A stretch of DNA of 64,000 nucleotides from an uncultured Gemmatimonadaceae bacterium (GTDB lineage: Bacteria > Gemmatimonadota > Gemmatimonadetes > Gemmatimonadales > Gemmatimonadaceae). The translations under genes and the position numbers were made by a program. The first letter of the stretch is position 1; each line of letters opens with the position of its first letter. The stretch covers positions 288,001-352,000 of the forward strand of contig CAVUDW010000003.1 of assembly GCA_963740355.1 (NCBI GenBank), in the 5' to 3' direction. Below, in pieces: positions 40,566 through 49,668 of this stretch. The notes beneath the pieces are model-generated. The model was given only the letters and a program-made list of their open reading frames with translations. It was not told the origin of the DNA and ran no database searches.

Positions 40566-43500
40566 ATGGGCGACGCTGCTCATCGGTTCTGCTCCCCGCG
40601 CCTCTCCCGCGCGGTCGTGCTGGCGGCACTCGCTGCGAGCACATCATGCGGTGATTCTGGGTCCACCGACCCGGCGCCGATCGTCAAGACTCCGGCGCCC
40701 GCGACTGCCATCGCACTCGTCACGCCATTCGATGCCGCGTCGCCCTTCACCCGGCGCGCCAACGACAGTCTGCCAAGCGCACTCGCAGTGCAGCTCCGTG
40801 ACGCCACGGGTCAGGCCGTGAGGCAGGCCGGCAGAACTGTGACGCTGACCGTGTCCGAACCAGGCGGGGCGCCGACCAGCCGGATCCAGATCCGCCGCGG
40901 CGGCAGTGCCGTCACCGATACGGCAGGCATCGCCCGGCTGACGGAGCTGGTTCTGTCGGGACGTGTCGGGGATGCCGAGCTCTCGGCCAAGGTCGACTCG
41001 CTGCCAGCCCTGAGCATCCCGATGCGGCTCGGCGTCGGAGCGCTCTCCACCACAGCCTCGGCCGTCACCGTGGCACCGGATACCGTCCCGGTGGGTGGCG
41101 TGGCGCAGGTGGTGGTGATGCCGATGGATGCGTCGGGCAACAAGCGGGGCGCCAATGAACAGGTGACGGCTGCCCTCGACGGCGATCAGACGCTGGCAAC
41201 GGTAAGCGCGTTCACCTGGACGCCTGCGGACTCCTCGTATCGCGGTTCGATCACGGTGGTCACCCCATCCCCGGCGCGGCCATTGCGCGTCACCGTCAAC
41301 GGCTCGGCACTTGGCCTGACGCCGTCATTCACCGGTATCGCGGCACCTCCGCCACCGGCCAATCCGGCCACCGCACTGCGCTTCGCCACGCTCCCGGGCG
41401 ACACGACGCCGTCGTTCAATGCCGTGAGCGCGTCGATCTGGCCTGCGACCAGCGTGCAGTTGGTCGATGCAAGTGGAGCCAGCGTTCGGCAGTCGGGTGT
41501 CGCCATCACGGCTCGCGTCACGAATCCGGCCGGACAGGCGCTGCCGGGCGCCACCTTGAGCGGCGCGGGCCCCGTCAGCACCGATGCATCGGGGGTGGCC
41601 GCGTTCCCGGCCCTCTCGCTGTCATCGCCAGCTGGGCTGGCACGGGTGCGGTTCGAAGCCGGCAACCTCACCGCAGTCAGCCTGCCGGTGCTGGTGTCGC
41701 CAGCGGTCGTGACCGCGAGCAGCCCGGTTAGCCTGACCCCCGACACGATCGCGGTGGCCGGTGTCGCGCAACTGGTCGCGACGCCGCGCGACGCCGGTGG
41801 GCGCAAGCTCGGTGCGGGTCAGACGGTCGTCGTCTCGGTTGCCGGCGGTACCAGCGTCGTGACCGTCGGCGCCGTCGCGTTCAGCGCGGGCGATTCATCG
41901 TATCGCGCCAGCCTCACCGGCGTGACGGCTGGTACAGCCACCACGGTCACCACGACCGTGAATGGCGTCACGCTGAGCACCACGCGCCCGCTTACGGTCC
42001 GCAGTGCCGGCGGCGTACCGGGTGCTGCGGACATCAGCGGCACGGTGAACGGCAGCAACACCTTCGAGATCTCGCGCTTCATCTACGGCGGCAACTTCCT
42101 CGACGACTTCAGCAGTTGGGGCAACTCGACACCGCCGGCGGAGATGACCCTGAATCGCATGGGTGGCAATCGCCTCTCGGCGTACAACTGGGAGAACAAC
42201 TACAGCAACGCCGGCAACGACTACTTCTACAACAACGATCAATTTCTGAGCGGGAGCGCCACTGCCGGCCAGGCCGTGAAGACGCGGGCCACCGCGGCCT
42301 TTGGGCGCGGTCAGGCATTCATGGCAACGGTGCCGATGATCGGCTACGTGGCGGGTGATGCGTGTGGGTGCAACGTCGGCATCACCGATGCAGACCGCGC
42401 GAATCGGCTCGCGACGCGCTTCCGCGTCAGCAAGGCCGTGAAGGGGAGCGCGTTCTCGCTCACGCCCAGCACCGGCGACGGCTTCGTCTACCAGGACGAA
42501 TTCGTGAACTGGTTCGAGTCGAACTTCCCGGGCCGCACCACCAACAGCACGGCACCGGTGTTCTTCTCGCTCGACAACGAGCCTGACATCTGGCACACCA
42601 CGCATCAGGAGATCAACAGCAACATCGGCGACAACTCGTCAACACCACGCATCCAGACATACACGGGCTTCACGGATACCAGCGTGGTGTATGCAAAGGC
42701 GGTGAAGAACGTGTTGCCGAATGCGATGATTTTCGGCCCTGCCACCGCCACCTATGCGGGCCTGGCCACGCTGGGCCGCTACCCGACGCCCGATCCGGTA
42801 TACGGTTCGCAGAATTTCTTCGATGTGTACCTCGACCGGATGCGCGCAGCCAGCACCGCCGAAGGGCGTCGCCTGCTGGATGTGCTGGACCTGCACTTCT
42901 ATTCCGAGGCCACGCCAGGCAGTGGCACGGTGAGCGACGACTATTCCACACAGTCGGCGGCGATGATCGAGGCTCGATTGCAGGCGCCGCGCTCACTCTG
43001 GGATCCGACCTACACCGAGAACAGCTGGGTGTCTGGCGTGACAGGTGGGCCGATCCGACTGATTCCGCGACTCCGCGAACAGATCGCAGCGCACTATCCG
43101 GGGACGAAGCTCGCCATCACCGAGTACTACTATGGCCGCGGTGGCGACATCTCCGGTGGCATCGCGCAGGCGGACGTGCTGGGCATCTTCGGGCGCGAAG
43201 GGTTGTTCGCCGCCACGATCTGGCCGCTCGGGCGCACCGATGCCTCTGGCTACAACGGCAGCGGCACGCTGACCTACCAGTACATGTACGGTGCCTTCAA
43301 GATGTATCGCAACTACGACGGCGCTGGTGGCGCGTTCGGTGTTACCGGGCTGCAGGCCACGACATCGGATGTTGCAGCGAGCTCGATCTATGCCAGTCGC
43401 ACCACATCAGGCAAGACGGTGCTGGTGGTGATCAACAAGACCAGCGCTGCGAAGGTGACGCGCATCACCCTCAGCAACGTCGGGTCGCCGACCGGTGCGC

Positions 43501-43625
43501 AGGTCTACCTGATGCAGAACGGAACACCAAATCCTGCGCGACAGGCTGATGTCGTGGTCAGTGCGGGCGTGCTCACCTACACCATGCCGGCGCTGAGTGT
43601 CTCGACGCTGGTATTGACGCCATGA
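40566..43625 (+). CDS. Glycoside hydrolase family 44 lipoprotein with duplicated Ig-like N-terminal modules
   Basis: Lipobox-like STSC; RMGGNRLSAYNWENN.SNAG.D, LDNEP (acid/base), DLHFY, QAPRSLWDPTY.ENSW, AITEY (nucleophile). Confidence 0.85.
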   Translation: MGDAAHRFCSPRLSRAVVLAALAASTSCGDSGSTDPAPIVKTPAPATAIALVTPFDAASPFTRRANDSLPSALAVQLRDATGQAVRQAGRTVTLTVSEPGGAPTSRIQIRRGGSAVTDTAGIARLTELVLSGRVGDAELSAKVDSLPALSIPMRLGVGALSTTASAVTVAPDTVPVGGVAQVVVMPMDASGNKRGANEQVTAALDGDQTLATVSAFTWTPADSSYRGSITVVTPSPARPLRVTVNGSALGLTPSFTGIAAPPPPANPATALRFATLPGDTTPSFNAVSASIWPATSVQLVDASGASVRQSGVAITARVTNPAGQALPGATLSGAGPVSTDASGVAAFPALSLSSPAGLARVRFEAGNLTAVSLPVLVSPAVVTASSPVSLTPDTIAVAGVAQLVATPRDAGGRKLGAGQTVVVSVAGGTSVVTVGAVAFSAGDSSYRASLTGVTAGTATTVTTTVNGVTLSTTRPLTVRSAGGVPGAADISGTVNGSNTFEISRFIYGGNFLDDFSSWGNSTPPAEMTLNRMGGNRLSAYNWENNYSNAGNDYFYNNDQFLSGSATAGQAVKTRATAAFGRGQAFMATVPMIGYVAGDACGCNVGITDADRANRLATRFRVSKAVKGSAFSLTPSTGDGFVYQDEFVNWFESNFPGRTTNSTAPVFFSLDNEPDIWHTTHQEINSNIGDNSSTPRIQTYTGFTDTSVVYAKAVKNVLPNAMIFGPATATYAGLATLGRYPTPDPVYGSQNFFDVYLDRMRAASTAEGRRLLDVLDLHFYSEATPGSGTVSDDYSTQSAAMIEARLQAPRSLWDPTYTENSWVSGVTGGPIRLIPRLREQIAAHYPGTKLAITEYYYGRGGDISGGIAQADVLGIFGREGLFAATIWPLGRTDASGYNGSGTLTYQYMYGAFKMYRNYDGAGGAFGVTGLQATTSDVAASSIYASRTTSGKTVLVVINKTSAAKVTRITLSNVGSPTGAQVYLMQNGTPNPARQADVVVSAGVLTYTMPALSVSTLVLTP

Positions 43626-43635
43626 CGTGAGGGTT

Positions 43636-43662
43636 GTGGAGGCAGCGTCGCGCTGCCTCCAC
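43636..43662. terminator. Hairpin between convergent genes, probable bidirectional terminator
   Basis: Perfect 12-bp stem gtggaggcagcg-tcg-cgctgcctccac. Confidence 0.6.
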
Positions 43663-43675
43663 CGCTGAGCGCGAT

Positions 43676-44362
43676 TCAGCGCGCGCGCAGCTTCGTCAGT
43701 TCGACCTTGCGAATCTCCACGGCAGCGCCTTCCGACTGGATGGCCACCTGGCCACGGTCAGCGGTGGCGTTGGTGCCGCGATTGACGAGTGTGCCGTTCA
43801 CGAACACGGTGATCGTCCGTCCGACGGCTTCGACGACGATGCGATTCCATTCGCCGAGCGGCCGTTCGCGACCATCGACGAGATGTACGATGCGACGCCC
43901 CTTCCCTTCCGTGATGCCCCATTCCGCACGCGGGCCACGACGGCGAACCATGTCGGGCACCCGAATGTCCTCGACGATGCACCAGAAGTCGCCGGCATTG
44001 CCGGACTCCATCTGCACCTCGATCGATTTCGGGAACATGGCGTAGAGCGCGCGCGGCGTGGATGCGTGGATCAACACGCCCGCGTTGCCTGGCTTTCCCG
44101 GAAAGCGGTACTCCACCTCGAGCCGATAATTCCGGAACGTGGAGTCGGAGATCAGGTGACCGCCCGGCACACCGGAGATCAGCAACAGGCCGTCCTTGAC
44201 GGTGAACGGTGAGGCGAGTCCTGGGGTGGTGTCGGCCGCCGGCACGTCGGTGTGCCATCCGGTGAGATCGGTGCCATTGAAGAGCCGCCGCGTCTGCGCC
44301 GGAGTCTCGACGGCGAGCAACGCGGAAGCGGTGACGATCGATAGGAGGGCGACGGATCGCAT
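43676..44362 (-). CDS. DUF1080 (3-keto-disaccharide hydrolase-like) secreted protein
   Basis: Signal peptide; LFNGTDLTGW, GNAGV, IEVQ, GEWN, GQVAIQSEG. Confidence 0.87.
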   Translation of the reverse strand: MRSVALLSIVTASALLAVETPAQTRRLFNGTDLTGWHTDVPAADTTPGLASPFTVKDGLLLISGVPGGHLISDSTFRNYRLEVEYRFPGKPGNAGVLIHASTPRALYAMFPKSIEVQMESGNAGDFWCIVEDIRVPDMVRRRGPRAEWGITEGKGRRIVHLVDGRERPLGEWNRIVVEAVGRTITVFVNGTLVNRGTNATADRGQVAIQSEGAAVEIRKVELTKLRAR

Positions 44363-44505
44363 CTCGAGGCGGGTCAGGGACGACGTGAGGGCCACCGAAG
44401 GCGGTCCGGTGCGGAGTGCTGCGCAACTTCGCCGCCGGGGCGAACTCTCGGGAGGGGCACGGCGCCGTCGGAGCCACGGTCCGAGCGCCGTCGCTAAATT
44501 CCGGG

Positions 44506-45063
44506 ATGACTTCTTCACTCTTTTCCGCTCGTCGGGCGCTGCTGTCATCTGCAACCGCGCTCATCTTCGCGCTGTTGCCGTCGCAGGTTGCTGCGCAGGC
44601 GCCCGCGACGTTTCTCGGCTACACCACCACCGTGCCAGCCGGGTGGGTCGCGGCACCATCGTCATCCTCGATGCGACTGGCCCAGTACACCGTGCCTGAC
44701 CGGGATGGTGCGGTGGGCGCCGAAGTGGTCGTGTATTTCTTCGGGCAAGGTCAGGGCGGCGACGTTGCGGCAAACCTCGCGCGGTGGAAGGCGCAGTTCT
44801 CAACGCCCGATGGTTCGCCCGTCTACGACCAGGTGACCCATCCATCGCCGGTGAATTTCCGCACCACGGTGGCGGAGTATCGCGGTACCTACGCGCGCGG
44901 CACCGGCGCCGGAGATACCGCGAACGCGAAGCCGGGTCAATCGTTGATTGCTGCAATCGTCGAGACGCCGAAGGGGACACTCTTCGTGCAACTCTTCGGC
45001 GCGACGGCCAAGGTCACCGCGCAGCGCGAGAAATTGCTCGCGTTCGTGATTGGGCTGCATTGA
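44506..45063 (+). CDS. Secreted hypothetical protein
   Basis: Signal peptide; PSSSMRLAQY, YFFGQGQGGDVAANLARWKAQF motif; typical codon usage. Confidence 0.7.
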   Translation: MTSSLFSARRALLSSATALIFALLPSQVAAQAPATFLGYTTTVPAGWVAAPSSSSMRLAQYTVPDRDGAVGAEVVVYFFGQGQGGDVAANLARWKAQFSTPDGSPVYDQVTHPSPVNFRTTVAEYRGTYARGTGAGDTANAKPGQSLIAAIVETPKGTLFVQLFGATAKVTAQREKLLAFVIGLH

Positions 45064-45133
45064 TGCCAGCGGGGAAACACTGCGCTCTCGATGTCACCGT
45101 CAGTATTGTCGGCGGTCGAGTTGAAGGCAGTCG

Positions 45134-46672
45134 TCAGCCCGGCGTCTCGCCGTAGCGGCCGAACACGGCCACCGACTGCGGGTGCAGCACGATGCTCTGC
45201 TCCCCATTCTGATCGACGATCAGCGGTTGCCAGGTCGCGGGCCAGAGGGCGTCATAGCTGGCGCCGGCCACCAGCCCTTTCATCTGCACGGTTGCCGCGT
45301 CGGTGCCGACGTTGATGGCGATCACCGTCTGGTCGTCGTCGAGCCGGCGCACGAAGCCGAAGGCAGTGCCGTTCACCGTCACGCTCTCGTAGCTGCCGAA
45401 GGCGATGGAACGCCGAGTGTTCCGCAGCCCGATCATCGCCTTGTAGAAGTGCAGGATCGAGTCCGGGTCGGCACTCAGTGAGGAGACGTTGTTCGACCGC
45501 ACATTCGGAGAAAAGTTGCGGAAGGGCGTTCCCGTGCTGAAGTCGGGCCGCCCCTCGTCATGCGTCCAGCTCATCGGCGTCCGCAAGCTTTCGTCGGCAC
45601 TCATGCCCTGGCCGCTGGCCATACCCACTTCCTCGCCGTAGTAGATGAACGGCACGCCCGGCTGCAGCAGGTAGAGCGCGGCCGCGAGCTTCATCTGCGC
45701 GAGGTTGCCGCCCAGTTGGTCAAAGACCCGCGTTCCGGCGAAGGCGTCGTGATTGCTGAGGATGGTGGCGATCGTCGGCGGCGCGACGGGTGGAAAACCA
45801 GCCACTCGCTCGAGCGCCCATCGGTCGCCGCGCGCCGCATCGATCAGGTCACGGTGATGACCGAAGGCAAAGGCGCTCCCACCTGGGTGGGTGGTGGCGA
45901 ATCCAATCGGGTCGGTGGGCGCCTCGCAGACCATGAAGCGATTCTGGTAGCTGTCGATCAGGGCTTCCAGTCCGGCCACGATCGCGTAGCTCTCGCGCTG
46001 GTTCTGGTATTCACCGGGGCTGTTCTCGACCAGGTTGCCGACGGCGTCTAAGCGAAAGCCGTCGATGCCGCGATTGAGCCAGAAGCGGAGGTTGTCGTGG
46101 TGCCAGGCGATCACATCCGGGTTGCGCAGGTTCCAGTCCGGCATTTGGTCCCAGAACGCACCGAAATAGAAACCCGTCGGATCGGCGTGCCACGGATCCG
46201 AGCCGTAGATGCTCCACCCGTCCGGCTTCGGGTCGGCCCAGAGGTACCAGTTCCGGAACTCCGACTCGACGTTGAGGCGCGCGTTCACGAAGGCGGGATG
46301 CTGTGCCGCGCTGTGGTTCATCACATAGTCGAGGATCACGCCGATGCCGCGCGCGTGCGCTGCCGCAATCAGTGCATCGAGGTCGGCGAGGCTGCCGTAT
46401 TGCTCCTCGATGTTGCGATAGTCGATCGTCGCATAACCGTGATCGTGATCCTGGCTTCGCATCACTGGCATCAGCCACAGGCCCGTGACACCCAGATCCT
46501 CGAGGTAGTCGAGTCGTGCGATGAGGCCCTGCAGGTCACCGATGCCATCGCCATCGGAATCCTGGAAGGCACGCACGAACACCTCGTACATGGCGCCGAA
46601 GTACCAGTTGGGCGGCAGTGTCGAGCCGGGGTCGGCGTTGGGGACGGGCGCGAAAGTCGGGATGGGCGTCAC
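45134..46672 (-). CDS. GH13 alpha-amylase family glycosidase
   Basis: FQDSDGDGIGDLQG, HGY, DYVMNH, GFRLDAV, NHD, YYGEEVGM, RTPMSW. Confidence 0.92.
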   Translation of the reverse strand: MTPIPTFAPVPNADPGSTLPPNWYFGAMYEVFVRAFQDSDGDGIGDLQGLIARLDYLEDLGVTGLWLMPVMRSQDHDHGYATIDYRNIEEQYGSLADLDALIAAAHARGIGVILDYVMNHSAAQHPAFVNARLNVESEFRNWYLWADPKPDGWSIYGSDPWHADPTGFYFGAFWDQMPDWNLRNPDVIAWHHDNLRFWLNRGIDGFRLDAVGNLVENSPGEYQNQRESYAIVAGLEALIDSYQNRFMVCEAPTDPIGFATTHPGGSAFAFGHHRDLIDAARGDRWALERVAGFPPVAPPTIATILSNHDAFAGTRVFDQLGGNLAQMKLAAALYLLQPGVPFIYYGEEVGMASGQGMSADESLRTPMSWTHDEGRPDFSTGTPFRNFSPNVRSNNVSSLSADPDSILHFYKAMIGLRNTRRSIAFGSYESVTVNGTAFGFVRRLDDDQTVIAINVGTDAATVQMKGLVAGASYDALWPATWQPLIVDQNGEQSIVLHPQSVAVFGRYGETPG

Positions 46673-46806
46673 GGGTGCTGACGAGAGGTACAGGCGGAGG
46701 ATCGGAATGGACGACGCTCGTGCCGTTGAGTCTACTCAGGCAGGCCGGGCACTGCGATGATCGGAGGATCGCTCGCGTGCCGTGATGCACATGCCCATCA
46801 TTCGGC

Positions 46807-48096
46807 ATGCACCGACGCGACCTGATTGCCTCGCTCGGCGGGCTTGCCGCCGCCCGCGCCTTCGGCTTCGCCGGCGACGTTGATCTCTCGTCAGGCGAGA
46901 CGACCAGCGCACCGGCGATGCCGACCGCTGGCGCGACCTTTCCGCGAAGGCAGGACTTCAGCATCGAGGACGGCTACTCGTACCTCAATGCCGCCTACAC
47001 CCACCCGATTCCCCGCGTCTCGGTCGAGGCAGCGCGCCGATCCCTGGAGGGCCGTGGCCTGCTGCGCGCCCCCGGACCGCCGGGAATTCCCATCGGCTCG
47101 CCGACGCCACGCGACCTGTTCGCATCCCTGATCAACGCCAAGCCGACCGAGATCGCCTACGTCTCGAGCACCAGCGACGGCGAGAACCTGGTGGTGCGCG
47201 CACTCGGCCTCGACCACGACTTCCGCGGCAACGTGGTCACTGACGGCCTGCATTTCGAAGGCTCCATCATGCACCTGCTGGAGCTGAAGAAGCGCGGCCT
47301 CGATGTGCGTGTGGTGCCACCCACAGCCGATTCGCGGATCGAGATGTCGGCCCTCGAACGCGTCGTCGATCGCAAGACGAAATTGATCGAGGTCTCGGCG
47401 GCCGCGATGTACAACGGCTTCCAGCACGACCTGAAGGCGATCGCGGATCTGGCACACGCGGTTGGCGCCTACGTCTACGTGGACATGGTGCACGCAGCGG
47501 GTGCCCAGCCGTTCGATGTGAAGGCGACCGGAATCGACTTCGCATCGTGCTCCAGCTTCAAGTGGCTGATGGGCGACTTCGGCCTCGGTTTCCTCTACGT
47601 GCGCGAGGAACTGCTGGATCGAATCCAGCGGCCGGTGGTGGGCTACTACCAGAGCGACGATATCGATGCGAACTATCCACCCAACCTTCCCGCCGGCCCG
47701 TATGCGCCGGTGACGTACACGTTCAAGCGCAGTGCGGCAGGGATGTTCGAAACCGGGGCGATGGTCGGCAGTGCGGAAGTCGGCGTGGCCCTGCTGGCGA
47801 GTTCACTCACCTACGTCCAGGCGCTGGGGGTCGAGAACATCCAGGCCCATCGACAGCCGCTGATCCGCCGGCTGCAACAGGAGTTGCCGCGGCTTGGCTT
47901 TACGTCGGTGACACCTGCGGATGCCACGGGCGGCAACGTGACATTCGCCAAGGCGAACGTATCGGAGAGTGATGTTCCGAAGCGCTTACAGTCGGCCAGG
48001 GTGAATGTTCGCCTGGCCCGCAACTGGATGCGCATCTCACCGTCGGTCTACAACGACATGGCGGACGTCGAGCGCCTCCTCGAGGCGCTGTCGTAG
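46807..48096 (+). CDS. Class V PLP-dependent aminotransferase / cysteine desulfurase-like, with Tat signal
   Basis: HRRDLIASLGGLAAA Tat-like leader; YLNAA, STSDG, DMVHAAG, SSFKWL (PLP Lys), RISPSVYN. Confidence 0.85.
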   Translation: MHRRDLIASLGGLAAARAFGFAGDVDLSSGETTSAPAMPTAGATFPRRQDFSIEDGYSYLNAAYTHPIPRVSVEAARRSLEGRGLLRAPGPPGIPIGSPTPRDLFASLINAKPTEIAYVSSTSDGENLVVRALGLDHDFRGNVVTDGLHFEGSIMHLLELKKRGLDVRVVPPTADSRIEMSALERVVDRKTKLIEVSAAAMYNGFQHDLKAIADLAHAVGAYVYVDMVHAAGAQPFDVKATGIDFASCSSFKWLMGDFGLGFLYVREELLDRIQRPVVGYYQSDDIDANYPPNLPAGPYAPVTYTFKRSAAGMFETGAMVGSAEVGVALLASSLTYVQALGVENIQAHRQPLIRRLQQELPRLGFTSVTPADATGGNVTFAKANVSESDVPKRLQSARVNVRLARNWMRISPSVYNDMADVERLLEALS

Positions 48097-48104
48097 TCAG
48101 GACA

Positions 48105-49548
48105 TCACCGCATCAGCGCTACGGCCCTTGCCTGCTCTGCCTCGAGTGCGGCGCGATCCACCTTGTACTGTGCGCTGCGCAACACCTGCTCCGAGACGGT
48201 TTCGCCATACGCGACCTGGAATGACGCGATCATCTGCGAGTACTTCGCGATCTGGTCTTCGTATTTCCGCGCATCGCTCTTGAGGCCATCGGTGCCCGGC
48301 GCCAGGGCATTGAAGCCGGCGAAGAACACGGAGGTCAGAGTGTTGATGCCGCCGGCCAGACGTCGAGTGTCGTCGGCCTTCGCCAGCTGGAACGAGCCGG
48401 CGATGAGCGCCGTGGCCAGTGCAATGATGCTGCGACGACGGCGCGACCGATCACTGGAATTGATCTGGTCGCGGATTTCTTCCAGCCGTGTATCGAGTTC
48501 CTGCGCGGTGATCTGGGCGCTGGCGAAAAAACGCGCGTGCGCCGCCTGCTCGACGCGGAGGCGCTCCGGCTCCATGCGGGCGCGGACATTGACGCGCGTG
48601 GTGCAGAGATCTGACTGCGCGTTCTGCGTGTCGATGGCGCGCCATTGGAAGTCGAGGGCGCGCTCCGCGGCACCATTCTCGACCGTGCCCCACGGAATCT
48701 GCCAGCGATACCCGGACGAATCGACGCGGCCATTCGTCAACTCGCGTTCCGGCCGGTAGCGCAACGCATCACCATTGGGATCGGTGGCGCCGAGTGGCAG
48801 CACGACGTCTGACCCTTCACTGGAGGTGATGCTGGCGATGGTGAGCGGGCATTCCGGTCGCGCGTTCTGGCCACTGACCAACACCGCGAAGATCGCCGCG
48901 GCGATATTCGTGCCATCGGAGACTTCGACCTTGAACTGGTACGGCGTGCCGGCGGCGTTGCTCGACGACGGCGCATGCCAGCGGAAATGGCCTGTCGAGT
49001 CGATTGTCGCTGGCTGCGCGCCGGATGACATGTCGGTGACCAGATAGGTCAGGGAATCGCCGTCAGGGTCCGCGGCGCCGACCATGAAATCGAGCGTACC
49101 ACCTGCCTGCACCTGCTTCGATGCGATCCGGACGATCGGTGCGCGCTGCGCGCGATCGACAGTCAGCTTGAGCTGTCGACAGGCAAGGGCCGCTGTGCCT
49201 TGCCGTGCGACGACCGTGAGGTAGTTCGACACCTTCCATCCCACGCATCGGGCGCCAGCGAAAGACGTTGTTCGCGTCCACCACGCCGCGATCGATCCCG
49301 GCCGGGACGAACGTGATTCGACCGGCTGGCGCGTTGTTGAGCGAGAGCCCGATGCGAACGCTGTCGCCCACGAGGTACTTCGCCGCGGGATCTGTATCGA
49401 ACACGATGGCGGGAGCATTGGCTCGCGCCGAGTCGGCCACGACTGGGCAGTCGGCGCTGGGCGACTGCGCCGCGATGGCTGCGGGCGTCACGAGCGCGAC
49501 AAGGGCTACGAGCGCCACCGGGAACCGGCCGACGGGCAGACGGAGCAT
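48105..49548 (-). pseudogene. Secreted cadherin/Ig-like repeat protein with C-terminal hydrophobic hairpin and coiled coil; +1 frameshift ~49228
   Basis: ORFs 49063-49548 and 48105-49418 join at RGMEG-V-NYLTVVARQG; AADPDGDSLTY, ATDPNGDALRY, FRW motifs. Confidence 0.7.
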
Positions 49549-49668
49549 CAGAGCGAGGCTGTCAGGAAAAGGGCGTCACGACACAGCTCGACCACCGAGC
49601 TGTGCCAGAATGTAAAACCGATCCGCCATTGTACAGCTCGGCAGATCTGGTGATCCGAGTGGAGCTCC

